Positions 11,573-22,530 of a stretch of DNA of 64,000 bases are shown in pieces. Source of the DNA: Lama glama (Eukaryota). How positions within the stretch are numbered: position 1 is the stretch's first letter; every line of letters begins with the position of its first letter. Where the stretch lies: assembly GCA_028534125.1 (NCBI GenBank), contig CM052816.1:42224001-42288000 (forward strand), given 5' to 3'. The position numbers and the translations under genes are program-made. The notes below the pieces were generated by a model. It saw only the letters and a list, made by a program, of their open reading frames with translations, searched no databases and was not told where the DNA came from.

Positions 11573-12330
11573 TGAATATGATCTTTTAAATGAGGTAATA
11601 TATAATAAAAGTGAGAAAGCTTCTTCATCAAAATATTAAAATATTCTCATAAATCAGAGAAGAGCCTGCCTTAAAGAGAGGTGTATCATAAACCTGCTCC
11701 TGACACACTGACCATGAGACTATACTACTGACCATGCTGGAAGCTGTTGATAGCCTGTAATAACCAAGTACCCACTTACATTCCCAGAAGGTGAACTGTC
11801 CACAAGGAACAAAAGCTATGGTGCCATAACCTTTGTTTAAGGAGTGCACAAAAGTTGAAAAGTATAGTTCTGAAAAAATATAGTAACATGAATTTCATGT
11901 TTATACAAAAGAGGTTGCCATTTTGTTGCTCAGGGTCCCTATGCAGCATATTTACAAACTGGTCCACACCAATCCAACAGGGGCCAGAATCTGCCTTGTC
12001 ATGACCATGTTCTACAGAGCTGTTGTAATTTCTTTACACCAACTTGTACAGAATGAACCGCAGACATTCTGTATTATGTCCAGTTTTGCCCCTGCCACGG
12101 GTGGCAGGAAGTGTGCCTTGAGTACTGCTGTATTTCCCCAGGTGCCCTGCATGGTGCCTGCCACGTGGTGAGTAAGCCCTCAGACAACAGTGAAGAACAC
12201 ATGTGCAAAGAACTGATCGAAGTAAAAGCACTGCTATCACTTAGTTATGGGGCCAGCGGTTACCCAGTGAACCCATAAAGAACAATGCATGAGACTGCAG
12301 CTTTGCAGAATGTTAATCAGAAGAAGGATG

Positions 12331-13118
12331 GCTCATATGACTCAGTAAGAAAAAAACAAACAACCCAATCCAAAAATGGGCAGAAGACCTAAACAAGCAA
12401 TTCTCCAAGGAAGACATACAAATGATCAAAAAGCACATGAAAAAATGCTCAATATCACTAATTATNNNNNNNNNNNNNNNNNNNNNNNNNNNNNNNNNNN
12501 NNNNNNNNNNNNNNNNNNNNNNNNNNNNNNNNNNNNNNNNNNNNNNNNNNNNNNNNNNNNNNNNNNNNNNNNNNNNNNNNNNNNNNNNNNNNNNNNNNNN
12601 NNNNNNNNNNNNNNNNNNNNNNNNNNNNNNNNNNNNNNNNNNNNNNNNNNNNNNNNNNNNNNNNNNNNNNNNNNNNNNNNNNNNNNNNNNNNNNNNNNNN
12701 NNNNNNNNNNNNNNNNNNNNNNNNNNNNNNNNNNNNNNNNNNNNNNNNNNNNNNNNNNNNNNNNNNNNNNNNNNNNNNNNNNNNNNNNNNNNNNNNNNNN
12801 NNNNNNNNNNNNNNNNNNNNNNNNNNNNNNNNNNNNNNNNNNNNNNNNNNNNNNNNNNNNNNNNNNNNNNNNNNNNNNNNNNNNNNNNNNNNNNNNNNNN
12901 NNNNNNNNNNNNNNNNNNNNNNNNNNNNNNNNNNNNNNNNNNNNNNNNNNNNNNNNNNNNNNNNNAAATATACACAAAATGTTATGATAATTCACAGAGA
13001 AAAAAATGTGACAATGAGTGTGTAAATGTCCATGAATGACTGAAAAATTGTGAACACTGGAATTTGACACAACATTGTAAAATGATTATGAATCAATAAA
13101 AAATGTTAAAAAAAAAAA
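12331..13118 (+). mobile_element. Young 5'-truncated camelid-type L1 with poly(A) tail; contains the assembly gap
   Basis: TSD aagaaggatg at 12321-12330 and 13119-13128; 'caacccaatccaaaaatgggcagaagacctaaac'; clean A tail 13108-13120. Confidence 0.95.
12466..12965. other. Assembly gap (exactly 500 N)
   Basis: Run of N. Confidence 1.
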
Positions 13119-14084
13119 AAGAAGGATGAAGAGGTGGGGTTCTGAGGAGAAGGCCCAAGAAGAGTGTCTGTCCCCATTCACTGTCTCTGTCTGGCTGTGA
13201 ATAAAAAGAAATCCAAAATAATCTTTTTAGCAACTGGTGTCAAGGTCAATAGTAAATTCAGTAATCGTGCCCTGTATCCTTTCTATCCTAAGGTATCCCA
13301 ACTTTCTTCAACTGTGAAGTATATATACTCTAACAGATATATCCAAACTTCCCAGGTAGAAATCTTTTCCTTTTTAAACCCAAACAGATGTTTAACATGC
13401 TGATGTTCCTGCATGTAATTTACAACATACTTAATCAAAACCCAGAGGTGTAGGGATCCGTCTACACTGCAGTATTGATCTTGAAGCTGGGGAAGCGATG
13501 AGTCCAGGATCCTTCTAAACTCAGATAAGAGAACAAAATAATTTTTGACTGGTCCAGGAATTCTATTCTTCATCAAGGTTTGCACTGAAGCACAGGGATG
13601 AACAGCCCACAGGCAACAAAGATCCACACAACTGGTATAGATGTATCCCTTCCAGCAGTGCTGTGAATGCCACTGCCATGTTCCTTTCCTGCCCAACAAT
13701 CAGTCAAGTGCCATCTGGGCTGCCTATCCTGAGAAGGCACAAGGGAAAAGGAGATGGCATCATGCCGTTACACCATGTTTCCTGCATGGGAAAGGCTATA
13801 ATCTACCCTTGTTATCAACTAAATACCCAACAAGCAGTGCATTCCTGGTGCCCCTGCCTGTGCTGGCACTGCCTGGTGCTGGTTTCTGTGGGGGGATACT
13901 ACAGAACATTTAGAACAACATAAGCTCAAATAGTAACAGGAAAATAATCAGGATGTTATGTATGTATATTTAAATCACCCATACCAACTTTCAAAAATGA
14001 AGCAGTTGGTTTTATATCCAAACAATATCTTATGAAGCAAGCAATAACAATCATTATATGAACTGCTTAAATGACCCATAAGGT

Positions 14085-14185
14085 GCTTGGGAACCAGGGA
14101 GATATCTCATTCACATTTGTATTCTCATAGCCTAACGTGGTGCTCAATACATGATAGGTATCTATTACTGCTGAATGAATGAACA
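14085..14185. mobile_element. L2 3' end fragment
   Basis: 'tcattcacatttgtattctcatagcctaacgtggtgctcaatacatgataggtatct...tgctgaatgaatgaa'. Confidence 0.65.
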
Positions 14186-16036
14186 TCTCATATGAAGATG
14201 GATGCCACCTAAACAGAACAGCCCTTAAAACTTAACTACCTGTCACAGCCTCCATCTAAGGAAAAACAGCACCAAAATTCTGTGGTTTGGGACATCTCAT
14301 ATTACTACCTTGGCCAAAGCTAACTGGTCCAGGAATTCACACTAAGGTCAAAAGATCATGAATAAGGGCCAACATACTCTGGGGCACCTTGGTTTAAGAT
14401 AGATCAATAGGAGTGCCCCTATGTGGCCAACATACTCCACTGGAGCCTCTCTCTCAGGAAGTGCAAATACAAGTAGCACAGGAAGAGGATTACAAGCTCT
14501 GCCCTTGAATCAGGCACACCAATGCACTTTTGGAAGACCAGGGCCCAGAGGGGCTGACTGCCAGCTGTGTACTTATGAGGAACCCCATCACTCCTGGCAG
14601 CTTTTCTCTGTGTTCTGAGAAACAGAGTTCTGAGAGATGAGACTAGATCCTGCCTGATAATAGTCTGGGAAATGCTGAACGCCATGTCCTTTCCTGATTC
14701 ATCACAATACTACCCACTCGCATGCTTAAGTCTCTTAGAAATCTTGCTACCAAAAAAAAAAAAGTTTAATCCTGTTTAGCAGAGGGCCCCATGGTCTTTA
14801 TTTTGCAGCACACATAACTGCCAAAGTGTAGCACAGGACACCTGATTTGAGAAATGATGCCTGAAAGTGACTTGTATCTCTTTCCTTACAACCTAAATAA
14901 GCCTAACTAAAGAATTGCCTTAATTACGGGGTTTATAAATATTATCCTCAGGAGATAAGCCTCCCTCCAGCTTGTGACATTAAAGCCACAGGCTCAAAAT
15001 TAGACCTTTTCTATAAAGCAGTTACTTGAATTGTAACATGAGTCAAAACTTTGAGTTCCAAAATTCTTAAGATTTCATGACTTCATTCAGGAATCCTAAA
15101 AACAACTGTGGCCATCATCCATTAAAAATGCAACTTTCACAGTGTTCCACAGACAGGGAGATAAAAGTCTTCTGGGCTGATTTATTTTCATTAGTGCCTT
15201 GCCCGTAAATATATAAACAATTTTAAACCAGGCAAACACACATGCTGAGCATAAGAACATCCATCTGAATTGCCACTCTACCAGGGAAGAGAACTCTGAG
15301 TACCCTGTCACATAAATACATGATCTATGCCTTTTCTTGTCACTTCTCTTTTCTTCAGTCAGTTTAATAAATAAAATTGATGGTTTTGGAAAGAGTTTTA
15401 GGTCAGCTCTTCCAATTGTAACATTCCTTCACTTAAATATCAGTTACCACCACATTCCAGACTTTGAAGCAAAAGCTGTTTCCTGCATTTACTTTGACAC
15501 ATATCATAAAGTGGTATCAATAAAGCTCTGCCCATCAGCCCCGGCTGGAGTTTTTCCTGATACATGCCTGCTTTTCATTTTTTATCTTTCTTCACCTCCC
15601 TCCTTCGTTCTGCCCCAGAGTATGACTCATTAAGCTCATGGTAGAATAATTATTTTGTTTTTTAAATCATTGGGTGTCTGCAACATAATCTACAGGGAAA
15701 TGCATTTTAATTCATCTAAAAATTCAAATGAGGATCACGAATACTTGAAAAGTTTTCGCAAGGAACAAACATGCCTAATATAGAATAGAAAAGGTGAGAA
15801 TGAACTCCTATTGCTACAAGAATACAAAGCTCATAGTCTGGTAGAGGGGGAAAAAAAGTGCTTTAATGGAGAATTCAGAGACAAAAGTTGAAAAAAAACC
15901 CTCAATTCTCACCTGCTCCCAAAATAATATATTCCTAAAATGAGACACTCTTCTCCCATTATACATCAATCCACGCTTACTTTTGTAACTAACAGAAAAA
16001 CTCTGAGCAAGATGTCCTATAAAATTTAAAGCGAAG

Positions 16037-16232
16037 TTTTTTTTGTTTGTTTGTTTTTTAAATTGAAGTATAGACAGTTTACCATGTGTCAATTTCTGGT
16101 GTACAGCATAATAGTTCAGTCATACATATACATACATATATTCGTTTTCCTATTCTTTTTCATTATAGGTTGTTATAAGATATTGAATATAGTTCCCTGT
16201 GCTGTACAGAATAAACTTGTTTATTTTATATA
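16037..16232 (-). mobile_element. Camelid-type L1 3' end
   Basis: T-rich tail then 'aattgaagtatagacagtttaccatgtgtcaatttctggtgtacagc...tattgaatatagttccctgtgctgtacag'. Confidence 0.9.
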
Positions 16233-17204
16233 CAGCGAGAAAAGTTTACGAAAATGTATATGCATGGACACACGGTCAGCTTTCACCCTCAAGAGCTAAG
16301 GAAGTAATGATTCTTAAATTCAGAAACTGCTATTCCAAGTGCAGACATGGAGGTAGAGATTAATAGGAGGGGAATCTAGTAAAGATAGACGCAAGTTGCA
16401 GTAACCTATTAGTATCAGTGAAAGGAGAGAAATGAAAGCTAACCCGAGGGAAAGAAAATTCAAAGCTCAAAGAGAAAAGGTGGGGAATTTAGTTTCTATT
16501 CCCGCTCTTTATAAATTGCTTTAATCTTTAGATTAAGCTCTCTGTTGTTTCTGTTTGTAATTTGTTTCTGACATGAGTGATAACGGGAAATCACCTAAAT
16601 CATATCACTCAAGACACACTAAAAGAGGAGAAAATATACAGCAGTTTTGTGCACTGGAGAAGGTGGCGAGCACAGTCAGCAGACAGACATTCTGTAAAAT
16701 GACTAGAAACCCATGACTATCTGTACATTCTGTTTCCAAGATTTTATCTTTCACTCTGAATTACTTCAGAGATAAATCAATCTATTAACATTCAAATAAG
16801 AATTGGAAGCTATGGTTAAAAAACAACAAGTATTAGAGTTGTATAGCAACTTTACTGATTTAATCACATCCCACCCACCCCAATCCCAAGGAATTCCTGT
16901 GACTTGCCAGAAGGAAACTACATTTTTCTCCTTCCTTCTGAGGGGTGCACATCATGCCCATAAAATGTTAGAGGCAGTCAAAATGACTTTGATAAAGCAT
17001 ATATCCAAATAAATGAAATTTTATAGCATTTCTCTGAGATAAAACATGCCGCCATAGCTCTTGATTTTAAATTTCAGATACTCACATTATTATATTTCAG
17101 ATACTTACAATAGGGACAAACGCACCTTTTTCCATTGAAAAGTCCTAACTCTTCCAAGCCATTATTCATTTTCCCTCAATCATTTTTTCCCAAGACTCAA
17201 ATAA

Positions 17205-17455
17205 CAGTAAAAGCAATAATGACAATAACTTTTAGCTCCACGTACTAGGCACAGTGCCATGTGCTTTACATGCATTATCTTTTTAAAATCTCATGACAAG
17301 TTTAATAGACAGGAACTTTCATCATTCCCACTTTACAGATCAGGAAGCTGAGACTTGGAGAGGTTCATGACTGGCCTAAGTTCACACAGCTAGTAAGGAA
17401 GATAAACGAGGATTTAAAGTCTGCTCTCTCTAACCCAACAGCCCATGCCCTCATA
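17205..17455 (-). mobile_element. MIR SINE
   Basis: 'gtgctttacatgcattatct...cccactttacagatcaggaagctgagacttggagaggtt...cacacagctagtaag'. Confidence 0.9.
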
Positions 17456-18156
17456 CTGACAAATGTAATAGGTATTACCTCCTTCCCATAAGAATAGAGG
17501 CATTCCAATCTGAATGCATGAATGTTAAGGTTAATGCACAGAAAAATGTAATGAATAGGAGCATACACTTTAGGTAGCAAGAAAATCTGAGAAATATTTG
17601 GATAATTTGATACCCAATCCCTACTTTATTAGCCAAAAATATCTTTTAAAAAAAGCCAAAGAGGATTCAAATACTCTAATACCCCACTGATTGTTTCAGG
17701 GGGTCCGTTTTACTTTCCTTGTACAAGGAGAGCTGTAATGATTAAGGGAAAAACACAGATGTACAACACGGCTCTGGGTAATCAAACATATTTACATGCC
17801 TATAAGTTTCAGGTTTAAGAAAAATTTACTCAAATATAGGCATCAGATACGTGTTTTAACACATTTGATTTTAGGAAGCTAAATTCAGAGCAGGGCACAA
17901 GCAAAGCAGCTGTCTAAGCTAAGATGGGCCAGTCATCGAAGTGGTGAAATTTAAGAAGTATAGAAAACTCCACTGCTTGAAATATTTCCTGCCCTTGTTT
18001 GAATGTCTTCATTACACTTTGTCACACTGACCAGAATATCCATTAGATACTGATTTCAGAAATTCAAGTGACACTATAAGCTCACTATAAGTTCACTCTT
18101 TGGTATCAATTAACTTGATTTGATTTCTTTCCTTTCCAAGAGAAGGGGGAGTTTCT

Positions 18157-18333
18157 AGCTATTCTCAACCCTGGCTGCACAATTAGAATCACCTTGGAAT
18201 ATTTTTAAACAATGCCAATGCCTGGGCTCCACCCCCAGAGGCTCTGTGGTTCTCAGTAACCAGGATCCAGGCATCAGCTGTTTTACAAGCTTCCCAGGTA
18301 GCCCTAGGATGTGAAAAGCTTGAGAGTCATTGG
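18157..18333. mobile_element. MER5A
   Basis: 'ttctcaaccctggctgcacaattagaatcaccttgg...atgcctgggctccacccccagag...aagcttcccaggt'. Confidence 0.9.
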
Positions 18334-19009
18334 TCCAGACACTCTCTGCTTCCTGTAAAAAGAAAGAACAACATACACTGACCACGTCCCTATTTTCCAC
18401 GGTTTTCGTCCTGGAAAGATTAAACTCTTTCATAGAAGTCTATGTTAAGAGAGATAGTAACCACCACAAAGTCGACTTTAAAATAAGAAATGAAAGTCGT
18501 GTGGATAGACGGTTAAAGGGGAGGTGGGAAGTCCCTATTTCTGGTTATTTACAAAGAAAAAAATTCATCCCTCTTCTTTAGAATACAGGAGACATGATCC
18601 CATTTTCTTAAGTAATCCTATAAATATGATTCACTGCTTTCAGATACATACTTCCTAATGGCCTATATGTCTGTATCAAATCCATCACAGCTGTCACATG
18701 ACAGGAGCCAAACCTTAACTGTCAGACTCCAATTGTTCTGAGACCACTAGAATTTTGACTACAAAATAGGTCCAACAACCAACAAATTCAACTGCTATTT
18801 CCTTTCATGACATTTTATCAGTAGTTCAGATCTGCAATGTATGAATCAAACTGGATGAAATACCTGTATTTCTAGAATCTCGGTCAGAACATTATTATTA
18901 CTGCAAGAGGTTAAAAACGGACAACCAACCTCATCTAAGGTTCTTATAGTAAAGTTTTACATATAAATAACTCTTTACATTAAAATGTGAAACTTACCAA
19001 GAACTAACA

Positions 19010-19170
19010 TTAAACACTCTCCACTATTAACTTTCTGGGCAATCCAGATAAGGTGCTTAACCTCTGTGAGACTCAATTTCTTCAGCTTTAAAATGGGACT
19101 ATTATTACCTATCCTACCAGAGACTTTCTTAAAGGATTTTGTTATAATGCTTGTACACTTGGAAAAACTC
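19010..19170 (+). mobile_element. MIR fragment
   Basis: 'gcttaacctctgtgagactcaatttcttcagctttaaaatgggactattattacctatcct'. Confidence 0.7.
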
Positions 19171-19214
19171 CAAAACAAAATACAAAGGTAAGCCATCAGT
19201 AGCCACTTAATCAT

Positions 19215-19340
19215 AAGCTTTATGAGAGCAGAAACAGTTTCTCATAGATTTCTGCAACCTCAAAACTTTGCACAATGCCAAGCATATAGCAGATACTAAG
19301 TAAATGAGTAATGGTCATTAAATAGATGAATAAATGAATG
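19215..19340. mobile_element. L2 3' end fragment
   Basis: 'taagctttatgagagcagaaac...gcacaatgccaagcatatagcagatactaagtaaatg'. Confidence 0.65.
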
Positions 19341-19603
19341 TAAAAATATACAATAGTAATTGGAACTCACAGAGAACACAGGTTAATGATTATATAGTAA
19401 AAGCAAAATACATTCTTAGGCTTTTTTATCTCTCTACCACAAAAGCTATCGTTGCCTTTATGAAATCAATAACCATGTATCTATCCAATCATATTTTTGT
19501 GACTATATTAGACTATAGGCTAATGGAAATACTACTGAAGAGAAGCCTTCAGTGACTGTCAGATAAAATTCTATCAGAATCAACTAGGAGTAGAGGGGAG
19601 ATC

Positions 19604-20017
19604 AAAGTGAAGTAAGCCAGAAAGAGAAAGAAAAATACCATATGATATCACTCATATATGGAATCTTAAAAAAAAAAGAAAAAAGAAAAAAAAAGGAACA
19701 CTATGAACTCATCTACAAAACAGAAACAGACTCGAAGACATAGTAAGCAATCTTACGGTAACTGGGGAAAGAGGGTGGGAAGGGATAAATTTGGGAGTTT
19801 GAGATTTACAAAAGTTAGCCACTATATATAAAAAAAGATTTTTAAAAAAAGTTTCTGCTGTATAGCACAGGGAACTATGTTCAATATCTTGTAATAACCT
19901 TTAATGAAAAAGAATATGAAAACAAATAAATGTATGTATATGCATGACTGGGACATTGTGCTGTACACCAGAAACTGACACATTGTAACTGACAGTACCT
20001 CAATTAAAAAAAAAAAA
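19604..20017 (+). mobile_element. Camelid-type L1 3' end with poly(A)
   Basis: 'aagtgaagtaagccagaaagagaaagaaaaataccatatgatatcac...tatagcacagggaactatgttcaatatcttgtaataacc...caattaaaaaaaaaaaa'. Confidence 0.95.
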
Positions 20018-21149
20018 GAGAAGGGAGGTTATACATAACTTGCATTCATCCACCTATTCTTGAACTGTAGTCTTATATTCCATTCCCAGCTACATCTAAC
20101 AAGAAAATGAAGAACAAAGCCACAAGAAAAAGGGTATACTCTTTAAGTTGGCCTTGTAAGAGATGTTAAATGTCAGCATCCTTGGTGCTGAAACAACCTC
20201 TTGTCTAAAAGCCTAGAGAATAAACCAACTGAGACATTTTTCTAGGTGTTTTTGGAATAAAGTCAGTTACTAATCATATTACTTGTATTCATTAGACTGA
20301 GACAAGAGAAGGCCCCTGAATGTGACCACTACCACCATCTGGCTATGAGCCATAGTTGGGCTAGCTAGGTCTGGGTTTTTCTGTAGAAAGAATGCATGGA
20401 CTGACTGATGTCTGACTGAGATCTTCTCTCATCTCCTTTCACTTTCAGAGATCAGCTGCAAGTTTCCAGGACTCATTATAGAGTAAGCATGCATTTTCTC
20501 TGGTTTTCCTTAGAGTTTTTCCCAAAGATTACTACTATGCTTTGCCCACTACCATCTCCTTTCAGTGTATCTGGGATACTTTAGACAGAAAGAAATTAAG
20601 AACAAAGTGGTTAAATGAATTCTCTAGGTGCCATCCATCCCAACAAGATTCTGTACTCTGGAGTGATTTCTTAAAATATCATTAGCACTAACACATACCA
20701 TAAAGAACTTTGTTAAGTGACTTAAGCCTTCCTAAAATGATTTTACAATTATGCTATTTATTCAGAGGCTTTTTAGTAAGTCACGCCCTTATGAAGAAAT
20801 TAGCCCAACTGGAAACTGGTGTCCAGACCTACTACATTTGAACACTGGTTATAGTGCAGAGCAGAAAGCAGCCCAAGAAAGAGCAGGCTTTCAACTTTCA
20901 ACACGTAGAAAGCCTTAGTAAACATTATGATTACTGACTCTGAGCTCAAATGAGATGGATAAACAAAGATCTGCCCAAGTAAGAACTGTTCTGTACTTTT
21001 TCTCTGATCTTTAATTAATCAGTACCATATTCTAGAAGTCAAGTTTCCAGAGACAGACATAATCCCATTCTACTCTTTATGGTCATCCCACATCTACACT
21101 ATTGGTGAAGTAGGGCACCACATTTCAGAAGAGGGTATTTTAAGAGGAT

Positions 21150-21666
21150 ATCCTGATGCAGACTGTCCATTGCCTACCTTGTATCTAGTCCACTATTTTT
21201 TTTTACCAGAAGAACCCTGCTTTTATTCAGAGTAACAATGAAACCTAGCTTACAAACTATATTTCCTTGCCTCCCTTACATTAGAGTTGAGCAGGTGACA
21301 CAACCTGGCCAATAAGAAATGGAAGATGCTGTTAAAATGTCCAGAAAAGCTCAGTAAAAGGGGAGGCAGACTCAGGAGGTACACACCCTGCTGCTTTTGG
21401 TTCTTCCTATTTTTCCTACCTGGAATGAGAACACAGTGGCTGGAGCTCCAATGGCCACCTCCAGAGCCTGAGGATGAGAATCACACCTTCAGGATGGCAG
21501 AGAAGAAACCAAGAGGATCTGAAGTCCCTGGTGAATTTCCTGAGTCTTCATGTCGCCTCTGAACTGTCTCCTGCAGGACATCTTAAGTGAGAGAAAAATA
21601 AATCCTTCTGTTTGAAGCCTCTAGTTTGGTGGTCTCTGTTGGTTTGTAACTAAATACAATTTCTAA
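21150..21666 (+). mobile_element. MLT1 (ERVL-MaLR) solo LTR
   Basis: 'caggtgacacaacctggccaataag...aggatggcagagaagaa...gagagaaaaataaatcc...taaatacaatttctaa'. Confidence 0.8.
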
Positions 21667-22309
21667 GGGAAGTAGGTTCAGTTCCAAAGTTGGTCAATCA
21701 TCACTCAAGAAAAACTTGAAATCATGTCATTTGAGAACGGTTGAAGGAACTGAGGGTTTACGTGTGGGAAATGAAGGGAATGGAGAATACAGAAAATACA
21801 TATATTCAAATTTGTGAGTCACTGACATATGGAAAGCCACAGAGGACAAACCAGGGAGGATGAGGGAGAGCAAGAGAAGCAGACTTCTTAGAAAGATCTC
21901 ATAGGTAGGACAAAATAAGAGCTGGCCCCTCATGGATAGGTCTTCATCACTGGAAGGGGTCAAGTATTAGGATTAATGTCTATTCCATGGGAACACAGCA
22001 GAGAAGAAAACACTGAATGAGGCAGTTGGAAAGGGTGATACTTACGTTTCCACACTCAACCCACACCATCTATGAATCTATGCATTCATAATACCTAATA
22101 ACCAATCCTCTTTAATACAACAAATATATACTGAGTCCCTGTCAAGTGGATTTTACTGCTTTCCTTCATTTCTTGCATTTAATTCACCTAACTTTTATGC
22201 CACTTGCAGGCCTCTTTCAAAGACAACTGATGTTGCAGTTGATTCTGCAAGTGTCTTCAGTTTGTCAGACTTTGTAAAGAAATTCCTTTGCAGCTAGAAC
22301 AACCTAAGC

Positions 22310-22530
22310 AGTAATTACAGGCACATGCCAGGCACTGAGCTACATGTTCTAAATTCATTATCTATAATTTCACCACAATCCTATGAGGAAATAGTTTTAT
22401 TATTTTCATTTTTAAAGGAGAAAAATAAGGCACAGAGAGTGTAAATTATTTTTCAAGATCACAGAAGGGTGATGGCAGATGGAACTCAGCAATCAGACTC
22501 CAGAATCCACCGATACTATACTCACCACAC
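22310..22530 (-). mobile_element. MIR SINE
   Basis: 'atgccaggcactgagcta...caccacaatcctatgagg...aaataaggcacagagag...caagatcacag'. Confidence 0.8.

Noticed and set aside
12142..12173. Plus-strand ag|...|gtgagt mini-exon
   Set aside because: 26 nt, and the sequence resembles the L2/MIR 3' motif 'gtgcctggcacatagtaag'; likely repeat-derived coincidence
12313..13070. Four ~200-aa ORFs
   Set aside because: Artefacts of translating through the 500-N gap inside an L1
13283..13699. 138-aa minus-strand ORF
   Set aside because: Non-ATG start, no recognisable homology and no flanking splice signals defining an exon
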